Part shown: positions 36,741-46,281 of the stretch, in pieces
Numbering within the stretch: position 1 is the first letter of the stretch
Layout: each line of letters starts with the position of its first letter
Assembly: GCA_036446035.1 (NCBI GenBank)
Contig: JAZFSG010000009.1
Location: 1 to 57,061 of the forward strand
From: Acidimicrobiia bacterium
GTDB taxonomy: Bacteria > Actinomycetota > Acidimicrobiia > Spongiisociales > JAOTWH01
DNA: 57,061 nucleotides
Direction: 5' to 3'
Program-made: the position numbers and the translations under genes
Notes under the pieces: model-generated
Told to the model about the DNA's origin: nothing
Seen by the model: the letters and a program-made list of their open reading frames with translations, nothing else
Databases searched by the model: none

Positions 36741-38729
36741 CTACCCGGCTGCCTGGCCAGAGAGCGAGATGATCACATCCCCCTCGACATCCGTTCGCAG
36801 CACGGCTGAGCCGCCGGCTGCCAACGCATCGATCACCTCGGCGCTCGGATGTCCATAGCTGTTCGGGCCGACGCTGATGACTGCGATCGACCCGCCATGG
36901 AGCCGGAGCCATTCGAGATCCGAGGTGGCCGCCCCCTGATGGGGCACCTTGAGAATGTCGACCCGCCCGGGGTCCAGGTCGTGCTGGGCAAAGGTCTCGA
37001 TGTCGCCCGAGGCCAATAGGCGCGGCCCGCCTGCGGAGACGGCGACGACCAGGGACCCATCATTGACCGAGGCATAGCGACGAAGTGGCCCCAGCACCTC
37101 CAACTCGAATGGACCGACCTGCGCCGTTGCGCCGACTGGTGGCGCTTCCGCCGGAACCCCGTGGCGGGCGGCCAGGCTCAGTAGCTCGACAATCGCAGGG
37201 TCGGCCTCGGCGTATGCCGGATACCACAGGCGTCCGACCACGAACGTGTCAAGAGCTGCCAAGAGGCCGGTGATGTGATCAGAGTGGGGATGGCTGAGGA
37301 TGGCCAGATCGATGCGTCGCACGCCATGACGGCGCAGCGCCTGGCGAAGAACGGACTCGTCGGGACCGCCATCGATCAGGACCGTTGCCCCACCCCGTAG
37401 CAGCACCGCATCTCCTTGCCCGACATCGAGGAACACGGCCTCTGGTCGCCGGGGACCACTGGAGTCCGCCGCAGACACCACGAGCACCGCAGACAGGACC
37501 GCAATGCCGAGAGGGCGCCACCGTGCCGACCTGATGACCGCGACCACCAGCCCCATTGCGACGACGCCGGTCAGGCCGAGCTGAGGTCCTGCGGCGAACG
37601 CTCGCGCCACGAGCGTTACCCCGTCCGCCAGCACCCCCGCCAACGACGCTGCGACACCAACACCGCTGATCGCTGCAATGGCACCGACCACGGTCGCACC
37701 CGTAACGAGCGGGGCGGCAACGACGTTCGCCGCCGGAGCCAGCAGCGGCACAGCACCGAAGTGAGCCAACAGGATCGGGGCAACTGCCAGCTGAGCGCCG
37801 ACGGTGGCGGCCGCTGTTGTCCTGAGCCAACCTTGCGCTGTTCCGGTGGTTGTGAGCACACCTGCCGTTGCGGCGACAGATAGCTGGAAGCCGACGCTGG
37901 CGACCAACTCGGGGGCGGCCACGACGATCGCCGCCACTGCAGCACCCATCGCCGTCCATGCGGCGACTGGCCTCCCAACGATGCGGCCACCGAGAACGAT
38001 CGCAGCCATCACCGAGGCCCTAACGACCGAAGGCTCCCAGCGGGTGGCGATGACGAAGATCACCAGCACGACAAGGCTCGTTGCGGCCCGCCACCTGCCG
38101 TCGACAAGGATCAGGCCTGCGAGGATCCACCACCCGCCAACCACCAACGCCACATTCGAGCCGGAAACCGCCACGAAGTGGCTGAGGCCGCTGAGCCGCA
38201 GTGACTCGAGATCGGCCTCGCTGACGTTGCTGGTGTCGCCGATGAGGAAACCCGTCACGAGAGCAGGCCCCGGCCCACTGTCGGCGAACACCCGGTTCAC
38301 TCGCCGCCGCAAAGCCGCCCCTGCGGACATGAACACGCCGGGCTCACCGATAACCGTGACCTCGGCGCTGGAGATCGTGCCGGCGACCGGTCCGAAGCGG
38401 GTTCTGAAACCACCGGCGGAGACATCGCCCTCGACGACGACTCGTTGCCGGGCTTCGGCGGCGGCTCCTGACCGCACCCACAGGCGGGGGCCACGCCACG
38501 GGGCGAACACGCCGTTCAGTACAACATGGCTTGGCAGGAAGGCGAAGCCAGCCTCGGCGCCATCTGACGCGGCAACCCCTGAAAGAACATGAGCCTGCTC
38601 GGGAACATCCGCATGCAAGGTCGCGACCTCTCGCCCCATGGCGGCACTGCCGGCAGCTCCGGCTATCAAAACAACGGCCACGAACCGCCGACGATGCCTG
38701 CTGAAGAGCGCTCCAACGACGACGAGCAA
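36741..38729 (-). CDS. comEC: ComEC/Rec2 family protein with C-terminal metallo-beta-lactamase domain
   Basis: Polytopic competence domain followed by LSHPHSDHITG. Confidence 0.85.
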   Translation of the reverse strand: MLVVVGALFSRHRRRFVAVVLIAGAAGSAAMGREVATLHADVPEQAHVLSGVAASDGAEAGFAFLPSHVVLNGVFAPWRGPRLWVRSGAAAEARQRVVVEGDVSAGGFRTRFGPVAGTISSAEVTVIGEPGVFMSAGAALRRRVNRVFADSGPGPALVTGFLIGDTSNVSEADLESLRLSGLSHFVAVSGSNVALVVGGWWILAGLILVDGRWRAATSLVVLVIFVIATRWEPSVVRASVMAAIVLGGRIVGRPVAAWTAMGAAVAAIVVAAPELVASVGFQLSVAATAGVLTTTGTAQGWLRTTAAATVGAQLAVAPILLAHFGAVPLLAPAANVVAAPLVTGATVVGAIAAISGVGVAASLAGVLADGVTLVARAFAAGPQLGLTGVVAMGLVVAVIRSARWRPLGIAVLSAVLVVSAADSSGPRRPEAVFLDVGQGDAVLLRGGATVLIDGGPDESVLRQALRRHGVRRIDLAILSHPHSDHITGLLAALDTFVVGRLWYPAYAEADPAIVELLSLAARHGVPAEAPPVGATAQVGPFELEVLGPLRRYASVNDGSLVVAVSAGGPRLLASGDIETFAQHDLDPGRVDILKVPHQGAATSDLEWLRLHGGSIAVISVGPNSYGHPSAEVIDALAAGGSAVLRTDVEGDVIISLSGQAAG

Positions 38730-38830
38730 AACGACGTGCGTCCCGACTCGACCGGCAGCCGCTCCCGCCCAACTCCACAGGCCGATGGCGACGGCTGCGG
38801 CGCTACGGCCTCGGGGGAGGTTGAAGAACC

Positions 38831-39364
38831 TCAGGGGACCGCGACGTCGCGTATGGCGGCCAGCTTGGCCTCGCCGATACCCGAGACGCTCAGCAGGTCC
38901 TCGATGGTCTCGAAGGGGCCGCGCGCTTCACGGTGATCGATAATCCGCTGTGCCAGTACCGGGCCCACTCCGGGCAAGGCAGCCAGTTCCTCCACGGAAG
39001 CAGAACTCATCGACACGACGCCGCTCTCACCCTCAGCAGAGCCGTTAGCGGCATCACCGACGGTGGGGACAACGATCTGCATGCCATCGCGCAGCGGTGT
39101 CGCCAGGTTGACAGCCGTTGGCGATGCATCCGCCGTCAGTCCGCCGGCGGCGGCAACCGCATCGGCGACCCGCGAGCCCGCCTCCACAACAACCAGGCCC
39201 GGGTCAACAACGGCCCCCGTGATGTGAACCGTGAGATCGCCGGAAGCACTCGCCGGCGCGAAGGAGACCGCAGGCGGTGACGACGGGGCGCCGCCGAACA
39301 TGACCCCGGCCATGAGGGCTCCGACGGCAAGGGCCACTACGCCGATCCACTGGCTCACGGTCAA
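38831..39364 (-). CDS. comEA: ComEA-family DNA-binding protein (SLBB plus helix-hairpin-helix)
   Basis: TM anchor; ELAALPGVGPVLAQRIIDHR...VSGIGEAKL. Confidence 0.85.
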   Translation of the reverse strand: MTVSQWIGVVALAVGALMAGVMFGGAPSSPPAVSFAPASASGDLTVHITGAVVDPGLVVVEAGSRVADAVAAAGGLTADASPTAVNLATPLRDGMQIVVPTVGDAANGSAEGESGVVSMSSASVEELAALPGVGPVLAQRIIDHREARGPFETIEDLLSVSGIGEAKLAAIRDVAVP

Positions 39365-39425
39365 CTCCCGATCTCGACCGCGCCCCCAGATTGTGTAGCA
39401 CAGCGGTTGTGCCGGGAGAAGGGGT

Positions 39426-40082
39426 CTACACGAGGAAAGTGATGGCGGCGAGCAGGTTGAAGCCGGAGTGGATGTAGATCGCCGCCCCCACCTGGAGCTT
39501 CCAAGCGACCAGGGAGAGGATCATCCCAAGAACGAACAGCGGCAGCAGGATGGCCACCGTTTCGGGACCGTTGTAGTGGAAGGCTGCAAAGGCGGCGCTG
39601 CTGACGGTGGCTGCAACAGCGAATGGCATCTGTCGCTGCAGGCCCCGCAGCAGCACCCCACGGAATAGAACCTCCTCGACGACGGGCGCCAACAGGACGC
39701 TGCCAATGAAGGCCAGGATGGCGGCGAGACCAGTCGCTTCCTCGGCCAAGCGGGCGATCTCCTGTGGGGCCTCCTCGAAGTCGACGAGGCTGTTGAGCAC
39801 CAATGTGGCGATGACGGCCAGGACGACGCCAACGAAGACCAGCCACGCCTGGTCTAGCCTCGGGGGAACGCCGAGCTGCTTGAGTGGCGACTCGATACCT
39901 CGCTTGCGCGATAGCGCCCAGAATGCGGCGAAGGACCCCGCCTCCTGTATGGGGAGCACGAAGGCGAAGATCTGAAGAGGAGTTGGGTCTCCGCCGCCTA
40001 TGGCAACAAAGGCGAAGGCACCGGCGATGAGGCCGATGAGGACGGCGTAAGCCGCATCAGAGATCCGCCAGTCGGCGGTCAC
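39426..40082 (-). CDS. CPBP-family intramembrane glutamic endopeptidase
   Basis: EEVLFRGVLL and FHYNG motifs. GTG 40082 forms a GTGA overlap with the leuS stop. The ORF-track start at 40301 would overlap leuS. Confidence 0.7.
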   Translation of the reverse strand: MTADWRISDAAYAVLIGLIAGAFAFVAIGGGDPTPLQIFAFVLPIQEAGSFAAFWALSRKRGIESPLKQLGVPPRLDQAWLVFVGVVLAVIATLVLNSLVDFEEAPQEIARLAEEATGLAAILAFIGSVLLAPVVEEVLFRGVLLRGLQRQMPFAVAATVSSAAFAAFHYNGPETVAILLPLFVLGMILSLVAWKLQVGAAIYIHSGFNLLAAITFLV

Positions 40083-42502
40083 ATCACGATGTTGACGAGC
40101 TTGGGCGGACGGGCTATCACCCGTTTCGGCTCCAAGCCGTCGAGCAGGCCGACGATGCGCTCGTTGCCAAGGGCAAGCGCTATCGCCTCGTCCTCGGAGA
40201 TGCCGGCTGCTACCTCGAGCCGGGCTCGCACTTTGCCGCTGATCTGAACCACCATCGTCACCGACTCCTCGACGACGAGGTCCGGATCCCAATCCGGCCA
40301 CGATTCATCTGCCAATATCTCGCCGCCTCGCATCTCCCACAGCTCGTGAGACATGTGCGGCGCCATCGGGGCCAGCATCTTGAGCAGCATGGCGTAGGCC
40401 TCGTCGAAAGTTTCCTTCCGGGCGCCGTCGTCAGACCGGACGTAGTCGGCCAGCGCGTTGCTGAGTTCCATGAGCGCCGCCACGGCGGTGTTGAAATGGA
40501 ACCGTTCGATATCGCTGCCGACCTTGCGCAAGGTGCGATGGGCTTTCGCGATGACGGCCCGATCGCTATCGGCAGCATCCCTGTCGACTGTTTCGACCTC
40601 AGTTCCGAGCCGCCACACCTTCTTCAGGAAGCGCGACGTTCCCTCCACCCCACGGTCGGTCCACACCGCGTCGTCGGTGGCCGGTCCGATGAACAGCTCG
40701 TACAGCCGGACCGCGTCTGCGCCATAGAAGTCGTAGAGGGGATCGGGCGAGACGACGTTGCCTTTCGACTTGGACATCTTGGCACCGTCCTTGGTGATCA
40801 TCCCCTGGGTGAACATGCGCAGGAACGGCTCCGAGAACTCAACCAGCCCCATGTCGGCGAGGACCTTCACGATGAAGCGGGCGTAGAGAAGGTGAAGCAC
40901 CGCATGCTCCACTCCCCCGACGTAGAGATCGACGGGCATCCAGTACTTCACCTTCTCGGGGTCGAAGATGGCGTCCTCGTTGTGGGGGTCGCTGTAGCGG
41001 AGGAAGTACCACGACGAGTCGACGAAGGTATCCATGGTGTCCGTCTCGCGCTTGGCGGGACCGCCACAGCTCGGACAGTCGACGTTGACGAAGTCGTCGA
41101 CGGCGGCAAGGGGCGACTGGCCCTTGGGCTGGTAGTCCTCGACGTCGGGGTGGAGCACCGGGAGTTCGATTTCGGGCACCGGCACCAGACCGCACTCCGG
41201 ACACGAGATCATCGGGATGGGGGCACCCCAATAACGCTGCCTCGATATCAGCCAGTCGCGCAACCGGTACTTAACGTCAGCCTTGCCGATCTCTTGGCCC
41301 TCGAACCACTCGATCGACTTGGCGATGCCGGCGTCCTTGTCGAGACCGTCCAGCCAGTCACTGTTGATGATCACGCCGTCGCCGGTGTAGGCCTCCCCCT
41401 CGAAATCGTCCGGCGGTTGAACGGTGCGGATGATCTCGATGTCGTGAGCGACGGCGAAGTCCCAGTCTCGCTGGTCCTGGCCGGGAACCGCCATGATGGC
41501 TCCAGTGCCGTACCCCATCAGGACGTAGTCCGCCATGTAGAGCGGAACCTCGGCGCCGTTGATCGGGTTGATGGCCTTGACCCCTAGGAAGAATCCCTTC
41601 TTGGGGCGGTCGGTTGCCAGTCGTTCGATGTCGCTCTCTTGCCTCACCTCTGTCACGAATGCCCTGCCAGCCTCCTCGAGATCGCTACCAGCGAGCAGCG
41701 ACTCAACCAACGGATGTTCCGGGGCCAGCACCGCGAAGGTCATTCCGAAGGTGGTGTCCGGTCGGGTCGTGAACACGTCGAAGACCTCTTGGCGACCCGA
41801 AATCTCCATACCGAAGGTGACGCCCTGCGACCTCCCGATCCAGTTCTGCTGCATGACGCGCACGCGAGGAGGCCACTCCTCGAGCTGCGAGTCGTCCGGC
41901 AACAGGCGATCGGCGTACTCGGTGATCTTGAAGAACCATTGATCGAGGTCGCGCTTCTCGACGGCGGTGCCGCAGCGCTCGCAGAGCCCCTCGACCACCT
42001 GTTCGTTGGCGAGCACGGTCTGGTCCTTGGGGCACCAGTTGACAGGAGCGTTGGCCTTGTAGGCAAGCCCGCGCTCCCACAGCTGGAGGAACAACCACTG
42101 ATCCCACCGGTAGTAGGCGGGCTCGTGGCTGGCCAGTTCCCTGCTCCAGTCGTAAACCGCTCCGAGGCGACGCAGCTGGACCTTCATCTGGGCGATCTGA
42201 CTCTCGATGAACTCCCGTGGATGGACGCCGGCAGCGATGGCGGCGTTTTCAGCCGGCAGACCGAAGGAGTCCCATCCCATCGGAGCCAAGACGTTGAACC
42301 CCTGCATCCGCTTGAACCGGGTCATCACGTCGATGTAGGTGTAGTTGCGCAGGTGCCCCATGTGCAGAACGCCCGAGGGATAGGGGTACATCTGGATGTT
42401 GGCGAACTTGGGGCGCGACTCGTCTTCGACCGCGTAGAACGTCTTGTCCTGCTCCCAACGGTCCTGCCATCTAGCTTCGATCGAGCCCGGGTCGTACTGC
42501 AT
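40079..42502 (-). CDS. leuS: Leucine--tRNA ligase
   Basis: HMGH and KMSKSKGN class I motifs; 807 aa. Confidence 0.95.
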   Translation of the reverse strand: MQYDPGSIEARWQDRWEQDKTFYAVEDESRPKFANIQMYPYPSGVLHMGHLRNYTYIDVMTRFKRMQGFNVLAPMGWDSFGLPAENAAIAAGVHPREFIESQIAQMKVQLRRLGAVYDWSRELASHEPAYYRWDQWLFLQLWERGLAYKANAPVNWCPKDQTVLANEQVVEGLCERCGTAVEKRDLDQWFFKITEYADRLLPDDSQLEEWPPRVRVMQQNWIGRSQGVTFGMEISGRQEVFDVFTTRPDTTFGMTFAVLAPEHPLVESLLAGSDLEEAGRAFVTEVRQESDIERLATDRPKKGFFLGVKAINPINGAEVPLYMADYVLMGYGTGAIMAVPGQDQRDWDFAVAHDIEIIRTVQPPDDFEGEAYTGDGVIINSDWLDGLDKDAGIAKSIEWFEGQEIGKADVKYRLRDWLISRQRYWGAPIPMISCPECGLVPVPEIELPVLHPDVEDYQPKGQSPLAAVDDFVNVDCPSCGGPAKRETDTMDTFVDSSWYFLRYSDPHNEDAIFDPEKVKYWMPVDLYVGGVEHAVLHLLYARFIVKVLADMGLVEFSEPFLRMFTQGMITKDGAKMSKSKGNVVSPDPLYDFYGADAVRLYELFIGPATDDAVWTDRGVEGTSRFLKKVWRLGTEVETVDRDAADSDRAVIAKAHRTLRKVGSDIERFHFNTAVAALMELSNALADYVRSDDGARKETFDEAYAMLLKMLAPMAPHMSHELWEMRGGEILADESWPDWDPDLVVEESVTMVVQISGKVRARLEVAAGISEDEAIALALGNERIVGLLDGLEPKRVIARPPKLVNIVM

Positions 42503-42598
42503 GAAGGAAGAAGCGTACTAAGCGTCCCCCAGGCCGAGCGGACGGCTTCCCCACAGGGCCGTGGGCACGCAGCAGCGGATTCGTCTACGATCGTCGCT

Positions 42599-42877
42599 AT
42601 GCGACTGCTGTGGATCGCTGCGTTGGGTGGGCTCACTTACCTGAGCTGGGTTCTCAGCGCCACCGCGGCAGGAATGGCTGCCGCGGCGGCCTTCGCGATC
42701 ACCCCCCTCGTGGCAGCACTTACGGTTGGCGCCCTGGTAGTCGCTCTCGCCAAGAGCACGCCACGGCTGCAGACTCGAGCCGGCTCTGGAGACTGCAGCT
42801 CGTGCCGCCAGTCGATCGGCCAGATCGGCGCCTTGTGGATGTGCGCCATCTGCGATCGGGCGCCCGTCCAAGCCTGA
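42599..42877 (+). CDS. Small membrane protein (about 3 TM) with C-terminal CxxC...CxxC zinc ribbon
   Basis: ATG at 42599 within the long shadow ORF 41639..42877. Ends DCSSCRQS...MCAICDRAP and is followed by a strong hairpin. Confidence 0.45.
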   Translation: MRLLWIAALGGLTYLSWVLSATAAGMAAAAAFAITPLVAALTVGALVVALAKSTPRLQTRAGSGDCSSCRQSIGQIGALWMCAICDRAPVQA

Positions 42878-42911
42878 GCCCGGAGCCGACGAGAGAGGCA
42901 GCCCCCAAAGC

Positions 42912-42939
42912 GAAAGGCAACGCCACAGCGTTGCCTTTC
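42912..42939. terminator. 12-bp perfect stem hairpin, probable bidirectional terminator
   Basis: GAAAGGCAACGC-CACA-GCGTTGCCTTTC lies between the convergent small membrane gene and tRNA-Ala. The U-tracts on both strands are short. Confidence 0.6.
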
Positions 42940-42945
42940 ATCTTG

Positions 42946-43019
42946 TGGAGCTGAGGGGATTCGAACCCCTGACCCCTTGCATGCCATGCAAGTGCTCTGC
43001 CGAGCTGAGCTACAGCCCC
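42946..43019 (-). tRNA. tRNA-Ala (GGC)
   Basis: 74 nt: GGGGCTG/CAGCTCC acceptor with G3-U70, CTTGC-ATGGCAT-GCAAG anticodon arm, AGGGG-TTCGAAT-CCCCT T-arm, discriminator A. Confidence 0.92.
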
Positions 43020-43029
43020 GAAGTCCGGA

Positions 43030-43057
43030 AGTTTAATGGCGGGAGGTTACGTGTACA
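43030..43057 (-). promoter_or_regulatory. Candidate sigma-70 promoter for tRNA-Ala (TGTACA-N16-TAAACT)
   Basis: The -10-like TAAACT ends about 10 nt before the tRNA 5' end. By eye only. Confidence 0.3.
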
Positions 43058-43121
43058 GCAGTCGCCTCCACAGCAGTGTCTTTCCCGGGAGATGATTCAC
43101 ACAGCCCCGACTGAGAGAGGC

Positions 43122-43460
43122 TCAACGACCGGCTTCGGCGGCGACAGCGCTGATGCGGTCGGCGTCCGCCCACAGTCGTTCGAGGTCGTAGTAGGCCCTG
43201 GTCTCGGCATCGAAAAGGTGGATCACGATGTCGCCGAAATCGAGCAGCAACCATTTGGCATCCTGAGTGCCCTCGCGGCGCAGTGGCTTGTGAGCGAACG
43301 GCCGCAGCGCATCCTCAACATCATCGGCAAGAGAGAGCACGTGGCGTCGGGAGGTCCCGGTGGCGATGACAAAGACGTCGGTGATCACCAGCAGGCTGGA
43401 TACATCGAGCAGGGCAACATCTATGCCCTTCTTATCGGCGATTGCCACGGCTGCTGCCAC
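43122..43460 (-). CDS. rsfS: Ribosome silencing factor RsfS
   Basis: KKGIDVALLDVSSLLVITDVFVIATGTS...WLLLDFGDIVIHLF. Confidence 0.9.
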   Translation of the reverse strand: MAAAVAIADKKGIDVALLDVSSLLVITDVFVIATGTSRRHVLSLADDVEDALRPFAHKPLRREGTQDAKWLLLDFGDIVIHLFDAETRAYYDLERLWADADRISAVAAEAGR

Positions 43461-43489
43461 CGCGGCCTCGGTCGTTTCTGGATGTATCG

Positions 43490-44782
43490 CTACGAGCTCT
43501 CCCCTATCGGGATGTCTTGGCCAACGATGATACTGACATCGACAACTCCCGAGGGAGCGCGCACCTCGAGTTCCAGCTGGCCGACCCCAAGCAACTCAAC
43601 GATCTCCGCCCCCGGCAAGCGATTGCCGCGACCCTGAGAGATCACCCGACTGTCCCGGTAGTCGAACGAGTCTGCGTTGTCTGTCTTGATCACTTTGAAC
43701 CCACGACGCACCAGTGTCTCGGCGACCAGCCGAGTCGTCTGCGTCCGACCGTTCCCGTTGAGGACCTCGACCCGCGGCCTCGGTCCCTCGCGGATCAGCA
43801 GGTGGGGCATGCGGGAGAGGACGAAGCTGTCGGCGTCGGCGCCCCGCAACACCAGTTGCTCGTCTGTCCCGATGCCGATCTCGGCAAGGGGTGGGCCGCT
43901 GACCGTCAGCGGCGAACCTGACGCGACTGCCTGCAGTCCGGGTGCAGCATCCTCGCCAGGACCTGCCTTGGCATCCAGCGCCGCGATGAGCCCGTCGACA
44001 TCGGTGGAAGTGAACAATGCCTCCCAGACCGCTCCCTGTCTCTCCAGCCACGCCAACTCATTCGACTCCCCTTGGGTTAGCAGGACCGCCGCCAGCAACG
44101 ATGGCTGCAGCACGGCGACGCCTCGCTCGGCGAGGACCGTGCCGCCGTCTCCCGCCGGAACGATCACATCCGTCGGCAGATCGACGCTCACCGGAGAGCC
44201 GACAGCGAGGGTGAACTCCTCGGCAGTGAGGCCGACGGTCGCATCGACCCGGACTCCGAGCAGATTGGTCAGGGTGACGGCGGTTAGGGCCGCATCCTCG
44301 AACCGCGCCGTCTCCGCCAGCGGGAAGTCGCCGTAGCCGGGGATAGTGGTCGCCAGGCTCGAGGGGAAGACGATGAGGGTGGCTGCTCCGTTGGGATCTG
44401 CAACCGCGAGCAAGACCGACGCCGCCACCCCATCGGCATCCTCGACGACTATCGCAGTGGAGAACGAACCAGCCGGCGCGGCGGCTCCCACGGGCTCCGG
44501 CTCCAGCAACGCCACATCCTGCAGGGCGGACCTGGTGCCATCCCACACCGACGAAGTTTCGTCCTGGATCCTCTCGAAGCCGGCGCCAAGCGCTCCAAAG
44601 ACTCCGGCGGCCCTGCCCTCGGAACCGAGGCCGGTGAGTGCAACCGTCGTCGCCGCGACGAGGAAGAAGAGAGCAATGCGACCCCAGCGGACGGTCACTG
44701 GCGTCAGCTCGATGTCCTCGGGTCTGAGTGCCTCGCCCTGCTCCTCGGGAACGGATGGTTCCGAGTTACCGTCGTCAGACAT
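43490..44782 (-). CDS. LCP (LytR-CpsA-Psr) family protein with LytR_C domain
   Basis: TM anchor, LCP core, C-terminal VEVLNGNGRTQTTRLVAETLVRRGF. Start at ATG 44782 (8-bp overlap with the nadD stop). Confidence 0.75.
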   Translation of the reverse strand: MSDDGNSEPSVPEEQGEALRPEDIELTPVTVRWGRIALFFLVAATTVALTGLGSEGRAAGVFGALGAGFERIQDETSSVWDGTRSALQDVALLEPEPVGAAAPAGSFSTAIVVEDADGVAASVLLAVADPNGAATLIVFPSSLATTIPGYGDFPLAETARFEDAALTAVTLTNLLGVRVDATVGLTAEEFTLAVGSPVSVDLPTDVIVPAGDGGTVLAERGVAVLQPSLLAAVLLTQGESNELAWLERQGAVWEALFTSTDVDGLIAALDAKAGPGEDAAPGLQAVASGSPLTVSGPPLAEIGIGTDEQLVLRGADADSFVLSRMPHLLIREGPRPRVEVLNGNGRTQTTRLVAETLVRRGFKVIKTDNADSFDYRDSRVISQGRGNRLPGAEIVELLGVGQLELEVRAPSGVVDVSIIVGQDIPIGESS

Positions 44783-45341
44783 ACAACTGGCGCTCCACGA
44801 TGTACTCCCACACAGCCTCGGGAACCAGGAATCGGATGCTGAGGCCGGATGCCACCATCGAGCGCAAGCGGACACCCGAGATGTCGAGCTCGGGCATGGC
44901 TATCCAGGTCAGGCGGTCCGGCGCCACCGCCGTCACGGCATCAACGGAGGTTCCCGGCCGAGGCACGACAGCAATGTCGACCCGTTCGAGCACCTCTTCC
45001 GACCTATGCCACGACCCCAGGCCGGCAGCGCCGTCTGCTCCGAGTATCAGGGTGACGTCGTCGTCTGGCATATCCTCGAGCGTGTCGATGGTGTAGGTCG
45101 GGCCCTGGCGATGGACCTCTCGCTCGTCGATCTCGAAGTAGTCGACGCCTTCGATCGCCAACGTCGTCATTGCGAGTCGATCCTCGGAAGACGAGATGTT
45201 GCGGTCACTCTTCTGCCACGGGTCGCCGGCGGGGATGAAGGTCACGACGTCAAGCTGCAAAGCGTGAAACGCCACCTCGGCTGCCGAGAGGTGGGCGATA
45301 TGAATCGGGTCGAATGTGCCGCCGAAAATGCCGCGTCGCAC
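44775..45341 (-). CDS. nadD: Nicotinate-nucleotide adenylyltransferase
   Basis: GIFGGTFDPIHIAHL. Start uncertain: GTG 45341, or ATG 45404 as in the ORF track. Confidence 0.85.
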   Translation of the reverse strand: MRRGIFGGTFDPIHIAHLSAAEVAFHALQLDVVTFIPAGDPWQKSDRNISSSEDRLAMTTLAIEGVDYFEIDEREVHRQGPTYTIDTLEDMPDDDVTLILGADGAAGLGSWHRSEEVLERVDIAVVPRPGTSVDAVTAVAPDRLTWIAMPELDISGVRLRSMVASGLSIRFLVPEAVWEYIVERQLYV

Positions 45342-45789
45342 GGGTGGCAGGATATCCGACCGCAGCGGACGGACTCCTCGCCGACCGCAGCTCCAACGCC
45401 GCACTCGGCGGCTCGCAGCGGAGCCACGGCTCTGGATCCAGGTAGGTGTGGAACGAGCGAAGAGACCAATGCAGCGAGGGCCTCCCGTCGTGGACGCCGG
45501 AGAGGCCGATCACGTCCTCGATGGCCACGCGGGTTCCCAGGGTGACATCGATCCGTTCCAGGAAGCTATAGGAGGTCCGCAACCCATCGCCGTGATGCAC
45601 CGTTACCGACAGCATCCCGGCAACCGAGCCGGCGAAGGTCACCAAACCGCTAGCTCCCGGGTGCACCGGTGTGCCCTCGGCAACGTCAAAGTCGACGCCG
45701 TAGTGGCCTGGTCGCAGCTGGGGGGTGAACCCTCGAGCAACAGGAGCGTCGACGGGGCCAACAAGGGGGGCGCTGCACAGCGACGCCAC
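45250..45789 (-). CDS. M23-family metallopeptidase
   Basis: HYGVDFDV...GTPVHPGASGLV...HHGDGLRTSY...SLHW motifs. Both the start and the C-terminal 56 aa are questionable (see findings). Confidence 0.7.
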   Translation of the reverse strand: MASLCSAPLVGPVDAPVARGFTPQLRPGHYGVDFDVAEGTPVHPGASGLVTFAGSVAGMLSVTVHHGDGLRTSYSFLERIDVTLGTRVAIEDVIGLSGVHDGRPSLHWSLRSFHTYLDPEPWLRCEPPSAALELRSARSPSAAVGYPATRATRHFRRHIRPDSYRPPLGSRGGVSRFAA

Positions 45790-45849
45790 GAGAAGAACGG
45801 TTGGGAGGATGCCGCCGAAAGTAGTTCCGGCAAAGGGCTGAGGGAACCC

Positions 45850-46269
45850 CTACGCGATGTTGGCGACGCTACCCGTCATGGGATCGTCGACGCCGTCACC
45901 AGATACCAGCTGCGTCACGACGCGCCGTAGATCGTTCGGCCTGAAGGGCTTGGTAAGAAAGGCGTCCGCTCCGCCCCGATCTGCACGTTCGCGGGTCTCT
46001 TCCTGGGCGTGGGCCGTCAGGACCAGAACCTTGAGATTGCGGGTGTTGAGCTCCGAACGCAGCCGGGAAAGCACTTCCCAGCCATCCATCTTGGGGAGCC
46101 CGACGTCGAGGATCAGCAGGTCGGGTGGGTCCGACAGGGCGGCTTCGAGGCCCGCCGGGCCGTCCTCGCGGGTATCCACCTGGAATCCGGCAGGCTTGAG
46201 GCACACCTCGATGAGCCGCTGGATCACCTGTGAATCTTCGACAACAAGGACCCTTTGTCCCATGATCAC
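45850..46269 (-). CDS. Stand-alone response-regulator receiver domain protein
   Basis: VLVVEDS, LLILDVGLPKMDG, LTA and TKPF motifs. No output domain. Confidence 0.85.
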   Translation of the reverse strand: MIMGQRVLVVEDSQVIQRLIEVCLKPAGFQVDTREDGPAGLEAALSDPPDLLILDVGLPKMDGWEVLSRLRSELNTRNLKVLVLTAHAQEETRERADRGGADAFLTKPFRPNDLRRVVTQLVSGDGVDDPMTGSVANIA

Positions 46270-46281
46270 CTCTTGGGGTGC

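Noticed and set aside
40346-42598. Two long plus-strand ORFs (413 aa, and the first about 320 aa of the 412-aa ORF)
   Set aside because: They are antisense to leuS. Only the last 92 codons of the second ORF (from ATG 42599, outside leuS) look like a real gene.
42503-42598. T-box or other leader upstream of leuS (and 21859-21913 upstream of glyQS)
   Set aside because: The gaps are only about 96 and 55 nt, too short for a T-box, and no specifier or T-box sequence was recognised.
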